A DNA stretch of 64,000 bases, taken from NCBI RefSeq assembly GCF_003334405.1, contig NZ_QOWM01000003.1. The stretch is one strand, 5' to 3'. Every line of letters begins with the position of its first letter. The stretch's first letter is position 1. The notes under the pieces are model-generated. The model did no database searches, had not been told where the DNA came from, and worked only from the letters and a program-made list of their open reading frames with translations. Made by a program: the position numbers and the translations under genes. The stretch is from Escherichia coli. GTDB lineage: Bacteria; Pseudomonadota; Gammaproteobacteria; Enterobacterales; Enterobacteriaceae. This document shows positions 35,490 to 45,273 of this stretch, in pieces.

Positions 35490-36461
35490 TTACTTATCGA
35501 TTTTGCTGATCAGATCCATCATTTTCAGTTTCGGATCGGTGGAAACCTTACGGACTTCCAGCTCAATACCGCGCGCATTCAGTTTCTTGAACGCCTCGAT
35601 ATCTTTTTCATCAACCGAAACCGCGTTATTCACCTGGGTTTTACCCTGACGGAATGCCATACCACCGACGTTAACAGAGGTGATTTTCACGCCGCCTTCA
35701 ACGAGACGCTCTACATCTGTTGGGTTGGTAAATAACAGCATTACGCGTTCGCCAGCATATTTCGGGTTGTTGTAGACGCGAATCATTTTGGCAACATCAA
35801 CTACGTGTGCTGTTACGCCCGGAGGTGCAACCTGGGTGAGCAGTGTCTTACGAACGGTATCCGCAGCCACTTCATCACTAACAACAATAATACGGGAGAC
35901 ATTGGTTTCTTTGGTCCAGCGGGTGGCGACCTGACCGTGAATCAGACGGTCGTCGATACGCGCAAGGCCAATAACCATGTAGTCGTTTGGCCCCATTGGT
36001 TTTGCCGGAGTTGGAGCCGCTTTTGGTGCTGCGGCAGCGGGTGCTGGCGCGGCTTTTTCAACCGGTTTGGCTTTCAGTGCTTTCACGCCTTCACGGCCTG
36101 TTTCTACTGCCAGTGCCACCAGTTCATCAAAGCTTGGGTCATCATCACGGGCCATTAACGTTTCCACGAGCATTGGAATGTTAACGCCTGCAATGACTTC
36201 ATAATGCTCTTTGTCGACGACAATGCGGCTGGCAGCATTGAACGGGCTGCCTCCCCATGTATCAACGAGAAACAGCACGCCTTTAGTGGTGTCGAGTTTT
36301 GCCAACTGAGCGTTGTACTTTTCAATCAGCGTTTCGGCATTTTCACCTGGAACGAAATCGATCCAGCCGACGTTTTCCTGCTCGCCTAACAGCATTTCTG
36401 CCGTTTTAAGCAACTGCTCTGCAGCCCAACCATGTGTGCCTATAACAATAGCAATGGTCAC
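35490..36461 (-). CDS. manX: Mannose PTS EIIAB component
   Basis: Track ORF 323 aa with an Ala/Pro-rich linker (KAAPAPAAAAPKAAPTPAKP) between the IIA and IIB domains. Confidence 0.95.
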   Translation of the reverse strand: MTIAIVIGTHGWAAEQLLKTAEMLLGEQENVGWIDFVPGENAETLIEKYNAQLAKLDTTKGVLFLVDTWGGSPFNAASRIVVDKEHYEVIAGVNIPMLVETLMARDDDPSFDELVALAVETGREGVKALKAKPVEKAAPAPAAAAPKAAPTPAKPMGPNDYMVIGLARIDDRLIHGQVATRWTKETNVSRIIVVSDEVAADTVRKTLLTQVAPPGVTAHVVDVAKMIRVYNNPKYAGERVMLLFTNPTDVERLVEGGVKITSVNVGGMAFRQGKTQVNNAVSVDEKDIEAFKKLNARGIELEVRKVSTDPKLKMMDLISKIDK

Positions 36462-36923
36462 TTGCTACCTCCTTTATTATCGTTAACACCTCAACGTGCC
36501 AGATGTATTTTTGAATCGTCGTCCACAATCGAATCGATTCAGATAAGGGCTACAACCAAAAACCCCTGCGTTTCGCGATTTATTTTAGATATCGAAAAAA
36601 TTATTTTATGTGATGAAGATCCGTAATTTAACTTTCGATTAGCAGAAATTTCGAAAGGTAAAATATCCTTGTCACATTCGTTTGCAAAGGAAGGTAAATC
36701 TTTGCCAAATCAGAGGCGTCTCTGATATGTTTAACTCCCGTTTAACAACCATGGAGTATAGGGCAGTAGCCCGCAGTATGGATCGTCACCGACGTCATTT
36801 CAGCATCAGGCCTTTTAACGCCTGCCTTTCTGGCACTCTATGCCGCACCTTTCGTTTGCATTTTGTCGTTACGCCTGCATTATTTCTGGCGTCGAATAGC
36901 TATTCCTTAAGCAGGAGCTTGTC

Positions 36924-38480
36924 ATGGAATTCTTAATGGACCCCTCAATTTGGGCGGGGCTACTCACGCTTGTTGTTCTCGAAATTGTGCTGGGTATCGA
37001 TAACCTGGTCTTCATCGCCATTCTTGCTGACAAACTGCCGCCAAAACAACGCGATAAAGCGCGTTTGCTGGGGTTATCACTGGCGCTGATTATGCGTCTG
37101 GGGCTGCTGTCGCTGATTTCATGGATGGTCACGCTGACCAAACCGCTATTTACCGTCATGGATTTCTCCTTCTCCGGACGCGACCTGATTATGTTGTTCG
37201 GGGGGATATTCTTGCTGTTCAAAGCAACAACCGAACTGCATGAACGGCTGGAAAACCGCGATCATGATTCCGGCCACGGTAAAGGCTACGCCAGTTTCTG
37301 GGTGGTCGTCACACAGATTGTCATCCTTGACGCCGTCTTCTCGTTGGATGCGGTAATTACTGCAGTAGGGATGGTTAACCATCTGCCGGTGATGATGGCG
37401 GCGGTAGTGATTGCGATGGCGGTTATGTTGCTGGCATCCAAACCGCTGACGCGATTCGTTAACCAGCACCCCACGGTGGTGGTGCTCTGTCTGAGCTTCC
37501 TGTTAATGATTGGTCTGAGTCTGGTGGCAGAAGGTTTCGGTTTCCACATTCCGAAAGGTTACCTGTATGCCGCGATTGGCTTCTCGATCATCATCGAAGT
37601 GTTTAACCAGATTGCGCGTCGCAACTTTATTCGCCACCAGTCGACTTTGCCGCTGCGAGCGCGTACTGCCGATGCCATCCTGCGTTTGATGGGCGGGAAA
37701 CGTCAGGCCAATGTTCAGCACGATGCCGATAACCCGATGCCGATGCCGATCCCGGAAGGTGCATTTGCCGAAGAAGAACGTTACATGATTAACGGCGTAC
37801 TGACGCTGGCGTCGCGTTCTCTGCGCGGGATCATGACGCCGCGCGGTGAAATAAGCTGGGTTGACGCTAATCTCGGGGTCGATGAAATCCGCGAGCAACT
37901 GCTCTCTTCACCGCACAGTCTGTTCCCGGTATGTCGCGGTGAACTGGATGAAATCATCGGTATTGTACGTGCTAAAGAACTGCTGGTGGCGCTGGAAGAG
38001 GGCGTTGATGTGGCGGCGATTGCTTCGGCGTCTCCGGCGATTATCGTCCCGGAAACCCTCGATCCGATCAACCTGTTGGGCGTGCTGCGTCGTGCTCGCG
38101 GGAGCTTTGTTATCGTGACCAACGAGTTTGGTGTGGTACAAGGTCTGGTCACGCCGCTGGATGTGCTGGAAGCCATTGCGGGTGAATTCCCGGACGCTGA
38201 CGAAACGCCGGAAATCATTACTGATGGTGACGGCTGGCTGGTAAAAGGCGGTACAGATTTGCATGCCTTGCAGCAGGCGCTTGATGTTGAGCACCTTGCC
38301 GATGACGATGATATCGCGACGGTCGCGGGCCTCGTGATCTCGGCAAATGGTCACATTCCCCGTGTGGGCGATGTGATTGATGTAGGGCCACTGCATATCA
38401 CCATCATTGAAGCCAATGATTATCGTGTTGATCTGGTTCGCATTGTTAAAGAGCAACCGGCGCACGATGAAGATGAGTAA
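36924..38480 (+). CDS. yoaE: TerC-family membrane protein with C-terminal CBS/CorC domains (YoaE)
   Basis: Track ORF 518 aa. Confidence 0.9.
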
Positions 38481-38483
38481 GCG

Positions 38484-40082
38484 TTAACGTAACGGCATAA
38501 TGGGCGTGATATGTCCATTATGCCGGGCGGGCGGCGGTTGGCTGCCCGCCAGCCATTTGGGAAAATCACGTAGCGGCATCGGCTGTGCGTACAAATACCC
38601 TTGCAAAATATGCACGCCATGACGGCGCAAATACTTCGCCTGTTCTTGCGTTTCCACGCCCTCCGCCACCAGTTCAATATTCAGTCTTTGCCCCAGCGCG
38701 ATGATGATATCGGTCACCGTCGAGTTAACCGCGTCAGAACCTATAGCTGCGGTAAATGACTTATCAATTTTCAGCACGTCAGGACGTAATGTTTCAAGCC
38801 AGGAAAACGAGCTGTTGCCGGTGCCGAAGTCATCAATCGCCAGTTTGACGTTTTTACGATGCAGCTCGCGGGCAATCCGATAATCAACATCCAGTAAGGC
38901 ATCGCGTTCGGTGATTTCGAGGATCAGTTGCTGAATCGGGTGAGCGCTAAACCAGTACTGATTGAGATCTTTTATCAGCACACCACGGCGAAAATGGCTG
39001 GGTGCGACGTTAATGCCAACATGAAACTGACTACTCATCGGGAAAACATGGCGCTGACGAATGGTTTCTGCCATCACATAGCGGGTCAGTGGCACAATTA
39101 AATGATGTTCTTCCGCGATAGGAATAAACACATCCGGTGAAATCCAGCCCTGACGCGGATTGTTCCAGCGCAGCAAAATCTCTACACCAATACATTGCTG
39201 GCTGCGCGCATTAAGCAAAGGCTGACAGAACAATTCGAACTCATGTTGCGCCAGGCCCAGATTGATTTCGCGGGAAAAGCTCATTCGGTAAGCGGTCGCC
39301 AGCCAGGCGATGTAGCCCACCAGTAAACTTAGCAGCACCGCCAGCGGTAATTGTGTTGGAAGATAGTGCCATGCCAGCGCCGTAGCCCCCGGACCATTAA
39401 CGTTAATGGTAAAAGGAAAGCGTTGCGAAGAAACCTGATAGTTTTCATTGTCTTCAGGTTGCGGAAGGGAATCTACCAGCCCATTACCATAGAGCAAATG
39501 CCGTTTGTCCACCGTCAGGCTGGCGCTACTGATTTGCGGCAGTTGTGGCTCAAGCAGCATTGCCGTCAGTAAGTCGATGTTAATCATCTCCATGACCCCA
39601 GCATTGCTACTGCCCGCTGCAGGCGTCCATTGAATCAAAACCGGACTGCCTTTAATCAGGGCACGGTCGATCGTCAGGCGTAAAAGTGGTTGCGGTGCAG
39701 GAAGTTCAGCCAGAATGTCCACGACGGGCACATTGCGATAACCAAAAATGCTGGAGCAATAAAGTGTGCCGTCTTGCACCAGGCCAATGGATCGCACAGT
39801 TTGGAGTTTTGCCGCCTGTTTACGTAATGGCAAATGGGCGACAGAGCAGGGCAGACCAATCAGCGGAAGCAAGACTTCGCTACCTGCCTGTAGGGGAAGC
39901 AGTACTTTATCTAATTCCTCTACAGCGTGATTGGCGAATTGTACTACCCGTTGTTGATTTAAGTTACGCTGTGAAATAAATCGCACGCTCAGGGTCGAAG
40001 CGAGCGTAACGAGTGCGCAAATCGTACAAACAATCATTCGATTACGACGATAGGTTTTAATGATCCGTTGTGCTTTTTGCAT
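38484..40082 (-). CDS. pdeD: c-di-GMP phosphodiesterase PdeD (YoaD), CSS-domain + EAL
   Basis: Track ORF 38484-40112 trimmed to MQKAQRIIKTYRR... (532 aa); EAL-type signature ...LILEITERDAL... seen. Confidence 0.88.
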   Translation of the reverse strand: MQKAQRIIKTYRRNRMIVCTICALVTLASTLSVRFISQRNLNQQRVVQFANHAVEELDKVLLPLQAGSEVLLPLIGLPCSVAHLPLRKQAAKLQTVRSIGLVQDGTLYCSSIFGYRNVPVVDILAELPAPQPLLRLTIDRALIKGSPVLIQWTPAAGSSNAGVMEMINIDLLTAMLLEPQLPQISSASLTVDKRHLLYGNGLVDSLPQPEDNENYQVSSQRFPFTINVNGPGATALAWHYLPTQLPLAVLLSLLVGYIAWLATAYRMSFSREINLGLAQHEFELFCQPLLNARSQQCIGVEILLRWNNPRQGWISPDVFIPIAEEHHLIVPLTRYVMAETIRQRHVFPMSSQFHVGINVAPSHFRRGVLIKDLNQYWFSAHPIQQLILEITERDALLDVDYRIARELHRKNVKLAIDDFGTGNSSFSWLETLRPDVLKIDKSFTAAIGSDAVNSTVTDIIIALGQRLNIELVAEGVETQEQAKYLRRHGVHILQGYLYAQPMPLRDFPKWLAGSQPPPARHNGHITPIMPLR

Positions 40083-40212
40083 GCGGGCCACCCTGTAAGC
40101 GTATGGCGACAAACGCCTGACGCAACAGTGGAAGTGTAGTGGGGAATATTACAGCAGACGAGAAAGCGGGTATAAATTCGCCCATCCGTTGCAGATGGGC
40201 GAGTAAGAAGTA

Positions 40213-41577
40213 TTAGTCACACTGGACTTTGATTGCCAGACCACCGCGTGAGGTTTCGCGGTATTTGGCGTTCATGTCCTTACCGGTTTCGTACATCGTT
40301 TCGATGACCTTATCCAGCGAGACGCGCGGTGCACTGGTGCGGCGCAGAGCCATCCGCGCGGCGTTAATCGCCTTCACAGAGGCAATGGCATTACGCTCAA
40401 TGCACGGCACCTGAACCTGCCCTGCAACCGGGTCGCAGGTTAAACCAAGGTTGTGTTCCATGCCAATTTCCGCCGCCACGCAAACCTGTTCCGGGCTACC
40501 GCCCAGCAGTTCTGCAAGACCCGCAGCAGCCATTGAACAGGCAACACCCACTTCGCCCTGGCAACCAACTTCCGCACCGGAAATAGAGGCGTTCATTTTA
40601 TACAATGCACCAATCGCGCCCGCTGCCATAAAGTAACGGGTATAGATGTCCGGGCTGACCGATTCAATAAAGTGGTCATAGTAAGCCAGCACTGCCGGAA
40701 CGATACCGCAGGCACCGTTGGTTGGCGCAGTTACCACACGACCACCGGCGGCGTTTTCTTCGTTAACTGCCAGCGCAAACATGTTTACCCAGTCAATGAC
40801 ATTCATCGGATCGTTAGACAGTTTATCGCTGGAAACCAGCATCCGGCGCAGGGCAGACGCACGACGTGGCACGCGCAGCGGGCCTGGCAGTACACCTTCG
40901 GTGTTCATCCCGCGATCGATACATGCCTGCATGGTTTGCCAGACATGCGCGAAATACTCGTCGATCTCTTTCTTGCTGTGCAGCGCCAGTTCGTTCTGCA
41001 TAGCGAGACCAGACAGCGAATAGCCGGTTTCATTACAGTACGCGAGCAGTTCGGTGGCAGATTTGAACGGATACGGCACGCTTACTTCGTTGGCAGCATC
41101 CTGACCAAAGTGTTCTTCATCGACGATAAAACCGCCGCCGATGGAATAATAAGTTTTGCTGTAGACGACTTCATCGCCGTTATAGGCGTGGATTTGCATA
41201 CCGTTTTCATGCAGCGGCAGGTTGCCGTTATGAAAACGCATCCCGTTGTCGCGCGGGAAATCCACTTCATGCCGTCCCTGTGCCAGCAGCAGACGTTCGC
41301 GCTCTTCTACGTCGCGAATAAAACCGGGAATACTGTCGATATCCACGGTGGCAGGTTCGTTACCTGCAAGACCCATAATAATGGCGATATCGGTGTGGTG
41401 GCCTTTACCCGTCAGCGACAGTGAACCATAAACGTCCACGGCAACGCGAGTAACGCTATCCAGTAAGCCTTTTTCGACCAGATCATCGACGAACTGTTTA
41501 CCTGCCTTCATAGGCCCTACGGTATGGGAAGATGAGGGACCAATCCCCACCTTAAACATGTCGAATAGACTAATCAC
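40213..41577 (-). CDS. sdaA: L-serine deaminase I
   Basis: Track ORF 454 aa, [33 protein letters not shown]... Confidence 0.96.
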   Translation of the reverse strand: MISLFDMFKVGIGPSSSHTVGPMKAGKQFVDDLVEKGLLDSVTRVAVDVYGSLSLTGKGHHTDIAIIMGLAGNEPATVDIDSIPGFIRDVEERERLLLAQGRHEVDFPRDNGMRFHNGNLPLHENGMQIHAYNGDEVVYSKTYYSIGGGFIVDEEHFGQDAANEVSVPYPFKSATELLAYCNETGYSLSGLAMQNELALHSKKEIDEYFAHVWQTMQACIDRGMNTEGVLPGPLRVPRRASALRRMLVSSDKLSNDPMNVIDWVNMFALAVNEENAAGGRVVTAPTNGACGIVPAVLAYYDHFIESVSPDIYTRYFMAAGAIGALYKMNASISGAEVGCQGEVGVACSMAAAGLAELLGGSPEQVCVAAEIGMEHNLGLTCDPVAGQVQVPCIERNAIASVKAINAARMALRRTSAPRVSLDKVIETMYETGKDMNAKYRETSRGGLAIKVQCD

Positions 41578-41760
41578 GATAATACTCCTGACAAGGTGAC
41601 TGGACTTCCAGTAACGAACTAATAACAGCGCATAGTGTAAGAGGGAACGCGGCGACTGGCTTAACTATTCACATGAATTAAACTAATCAAAAACCGCGAT
41701 TTAACTAATATTGCGATGATTGTCTCAAGTAGTGTTTTGTAGATGTAAAGATAAGTATAG

Positions 41761-42339
41761 TCAGGGTTTCACACCAATTTGCAGCGCCAGCTCACGAATT
41801 ATGCCTGCGGTCATTCCCCATACAAAATACTGTTCGTACCAGGACAGCCATACCCGATGTGAATCACCACGGCGGTAGATATCTAAAGGGTGATAACGAC
41901 CCAGATGTAATGCCTGGGCGAGCGGCATTTCAAACACCGCCGAGACTTCATCTTCACTGGCGCGATACGGCAGATCGGGCGGGATAATGCCGACCACTGG
42001 GGTTACCTGGTAGCCAGTGACGCTATCGACGGGCGGCAGCACGCCGATAACTTCAACGGCGGAAGGCGGTATAGCGACCTCTTCTTCAGCTTCGCGCAGC
42101 GCGGCGGCGATAGCTGATGCGTCCGTGTCATCGACTGCACCTCCAGGGAATGCCACTTGTCCAGCGTGTTTACGCAGATGAATCGAACGCTGAGTCAGCA
42201 ACAACCCCGGTTGCGGTCGACGGACGATGGGGATTAACACAGCAGCCTGACGATGATTTAGGGTTTCCCGGTTAATTTGCGGGCGCAAAAGTTGAAAGCG
42301 CGATAAAAAATCATCAAGCGTCAGGCTACGGTATTCCAC
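41761..42339 (-). CDS. nudL: Nudix CoA pyrophosphohydrolase NudL (YeaB)
   Basis: Track ORF 192 aa, Nudix fold (...[23 protein letters not shown]...). Confidence 0.9.
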
Positions 42340-42342
42340 GTC

Positions 42343-43704
42343 TTACTTCTCCAGTTGCTTCAGGATACGATTAACTTTATCAAAAGTTTCCTGATATTCC
42401 GCTTCTTCCTGGCTATCGGCGACAATTCCACCGCCCGCAGAGCAGAAAATTTGTCCGTTAATGGCAGTCAGCGTGCGGATAGTAATACTGGTATCCATGT
42501 TGCCGCAAAAGCTCAAATAGCCAATGCTGCCGCACCAGGCATTGCGTCGCTGCGGTTCCAGTTCGTCGATAATTTCCATAGCCCGTACTTTCGGAGCCCC
42601 GGTTATTGAGCCACCAGGAAAAGCTGCGCGCAGCAGATCGCTGGCGTGTAACTGTTCTGGTAGTTGCGCCGTTATGGTGCTGACCAGATGATGCACGGCA
42701 GGGAAGGGTTCCACCACGAACAGCTCTGGTACTTTTACCGAACCTGCTACGGCAACACGACCGATATCATTACGCATTAAATCGACAATCATCAGATTTT
42801 CGGCACGATCTTTCGCTGAGTTCGCCAGTTTTACTGCTTGTTTGCTATCTTCCTGAGGATCGGGCAGGCGTGGTAGCGTGCCTTTAATCGGGCGGGTCTG
42901 GATTTCACTATTATCACAAAGAATAAACCGCTCTGGCGAAAGGCTTAAAATTGCACCCTGTTCAAGACGTAAAAAAGCGCTAAATGGCGCGCGGTTGGCC
43001 TGATTAAGCTGAAGGAATGCCTGCCATTCATCGCCAGAATAGGTCGCATGAAAACGTTGGGCGAGATTCACCTGATAGCAATCACCGCTGTGCAGATATT
43101 CCTGTACCTGGCGAAATTTTTCGCCGTACTGCTCGCGGGTCATATTGGATTGCCAGTCGGAAGTGAGCGTGAAATCTTCCTGCGGCGAGAATTGCTGGCT
43201 TTCCAGCCAGGCCCGACGGGCATTGACATCATTATGACTCAGCAAAGAAACTGTATGACGCTGGTGGTCGACAATGAGCGCCCAATCGTAGATACCCACT
43301 GCCATATCCGGCAGAACGATATCTTGTTCCGCAATTTCTGGCAGTGACTCAAAACGGCGGCCCAGATCGTAGCCAAACAACCCCAGTGCGCCGCCCTGAA
43401 ATGGCAAATCTTCGTTATGCGTTGGGCGAATGTCTGCGCGATCCAGCACCTGCTGGAGCACCTGTAGCGGGTCATCAGTTGTCGTTGTGCGTTTTTCGCT
43501 TTCACTAACAACGGTTTCTTTACCGAAAGTGGTTAAAGTGCAAATCGGCTCGGCGACCACAATATCAAAGCGGCTATACGGATGATCGGCATAGCCGGAG
43601 TGTAAAAGCATCGCCCACGGCAGGTGGCTTAAGCGGGAGAAATAAAATTCAGCGGCGTCCTGACGCCAGGGTAAAGTAATCACAGCGGGAGATAACGTCT
43701 TCAT
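42343..43704 (-). CDS. pabB: Aminodeoxychorismate synthase component I
   Basis: Track ORF 453 aa, chorismate-binding family. Confidence 0.95.
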   Translation of the reverse strand: MKTLSPAVITLPWRQDAAEFYFSRLSHLPWAMLLHSGYADHPYSRFDIVVAEPICTLTTFGKETVVSESEKRTTTTDDPLQVLQQVLDRADIRPTHNEDLPFQGGALGLFGYDLGRRFESLPEIAEQDIVLPDMAVGIYDWALIVDHQRHTVSLLSHNDVNARRAWLESQQFSPQEDFTLTSDWQSNMTREQYGEKFRQVQEYLHSGDCYQVNLAQRFHATYSGDEWQAFLQLNQANRAPFSAFLRLEQGAILSLSPERFILCDNSEIQTRPIKGTLPRLPDPQEDSKQAVKLANSAKDRAENLMIVDLMRNDIGRVAVAGSVKVPELFVVEPFPAVHHLVSTITAQLPEQLHASDLLRAAFPGGSITGAPKVRAMEIIDELEPQRRNAWCGSIGYLSFCGNMDTSITIRTLTAINGQIFCSAGGGIVADSQEEAEYQETFDKVNRILKQLEK

Positions 43705-43777
43705 CAGTCCTGACTCTACTGGCTATGTGCCGGGTAGCATGAAATAATTAGCGCCAACAATTTAGCAGGAGTTAACA

Positions 43778-43957
43778 ATGTTTGCAGGTTTACCTTCACT
43801 CACCCATGAACAGCAGCAAAAAGCTGTCGAGCGGATCCAGGAACTGATGGCACAAGGGATGAGCAGCGGCCAGGCAATCGCGCTGGTGGCAGAAGAGCTG
43901 CGTGCCAACCACTCCGGCGAGCGAATCGTGGCGCGTTTTGAGGATGAAGACGAGTAA
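43778..43957 (+). CDS. yoaH: Small protein YoaH (UPF0181, 59 aa)
   Basis: Not in track (<60 aa). Translates to [59 protein letters not shown], preceded by a GGAG Shine-Dalgarno. Confidence 0.82.
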
Positions 43958-44076
43958 CACACTAATCCGTATCGATTTCGTTATAGAAGCCGATGATCAT
44001 TTGATTGTGAGAAAAAGGACGCTTTTTATATGTGATTAAAAGCGTCCTGACCCATTTATGCTGATATAAATTTAAC

Positions 44077-44376
44077 TCAGACCAGTGCTTTTAGTTCTTC
44101 CTGCATATATGTTGAAAAGTATTCAGGATTTTTAATCACAGAACGTTCACCTGTCTCCATTTTTTTTGCCCATCCAACCATTTTTTCCGTGAACCCAGGG
44201 TTCCAGCCTTCCTGGTCAGCTCGCGCCGTAATATCAGCGGCACTCGCGGGTACTCCCAGTTCTTTTAAATATTTAAAGATTCCCTTCGCCGTGCTTTCAT
44301 TCATCGAACTTGGTGTTGGCGCTGATACATCCATGGCACCAATGAAATCCAGGGCTTTATCTATTACAGCAGGCAT
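44077..44376 (-). CDS. yoaC: DUF1889 protein YoaC
   Basis: Track ORF 44077-44436 (119 aa); annotated start probably the internal MPAVIDKALDF... (99 aa). Confidence 0.8.
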   Translation of the reverse strand: MPAVIDKALDFIGAMDVSAPTPSSMNESTAKGIFKYLKELGVPASAADITARADQEGWNPGFTEKMVGWAKKMETGERSVIKNPEYFSTYMQEELKALV

Positions 44377-44797
44377 ATTCTTATCCTTAAAATTAACCAT
44401 GTTATCGATAAGGCTATATATGACCTTAATTTGCATCTAATATCAAAGGGATTATAACGATATGGCACGAGTTAACCTGTTGACATTCAGGTGTTTTAAA
44501 GGTAGCAGCTCATGGTGTGTTATCCAGTAAGATGGAGAAATTTAACGGTCAGTCCGCACGCTATAACCAGATTGTTCAGCTAAGAAAGAAAACCAGAGTT
44601 GCTAATCAAAGGGCGAACACAACGGCATGTTTATGTTTATTTATATAGTTAGTTTTATAGATAAAATTGAAATTATAAATATAAATAATGAATTAGCAGA
44701 AGCATCAACAGTAATATCTTATTCTCTGGTCGATTTATGTAAAACCGACCAGTATTATCGATAAATTATCGTCTGACTTATTTTGCTTCGATAAAGC

Positions 44798-45142
44798 TTA
44801 CACCGCAGCCACAATCTTAATTTCAACTTTATACTTCGGGTTCATCAAACCCGCTTGTACCGTGCAGCGCACCGGCGCATGACCCGCGACAACCCAGGCA
44901 TCCCACGCTTTATTCATCGCCGCGAAGTCGTTTTTATCGGCCAGGAAAATGGTGGCATCCAGAATGCTCGATTTATTGCTGCCCTGTTTTTCCAGCACGG
45001 CGTCAATCTGTGCCAGCGTGTTGGCGGTTTGCTCAAAGGCATCGGCGTCGAGGTTTTCCGGTACACCAGTGTAGTAGAGCGTGTTGTTGTGGATTACTAC
45101 ATCAGACCAGCGGGCTTCAGCATCGATACGAACGATAGTCAT
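44798..45142 (-). CDS. yoaB: RidA/YjgF-family protein YoaB
   Basis: Track ORF 44798-45190 trimmed to MTIVRIDAEARWSDVVIHNN... (114 aa). Confidence 0.88.
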   Translation of the reverse strand: MTIVRIDAEARWSDVVIHNNTLYYTGVPENLDADAFEQTANTLAQIDAVLEKQGSNKSSILDATIFLADKNDFAAMNKAWDAWVVAGHAPVRCTVQAGLMNPKYKVEIKIVAAV

Positions 45143-45273
45143 CATTTTGTCCTCATTATACTTCCATTTTCGTGCTGCAAAGACTGCCACAATGTGAGGT
45201 CGCCGTCACCACTTCAACTGGCGAAAGCGCCCTCATCCTGACATAATCCCTGTTCAAATCAACAGGGGGTAGT

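Noticed and set aside
37908-38465. 185-aa minus-strand ORF (and 131/145-aa neighbours)
   Set aside because: Antisense shadows of yoaE.
40672-41424. 250-aa plus-strand ORF
   Set aside because: Antisense shadow of sdaA.
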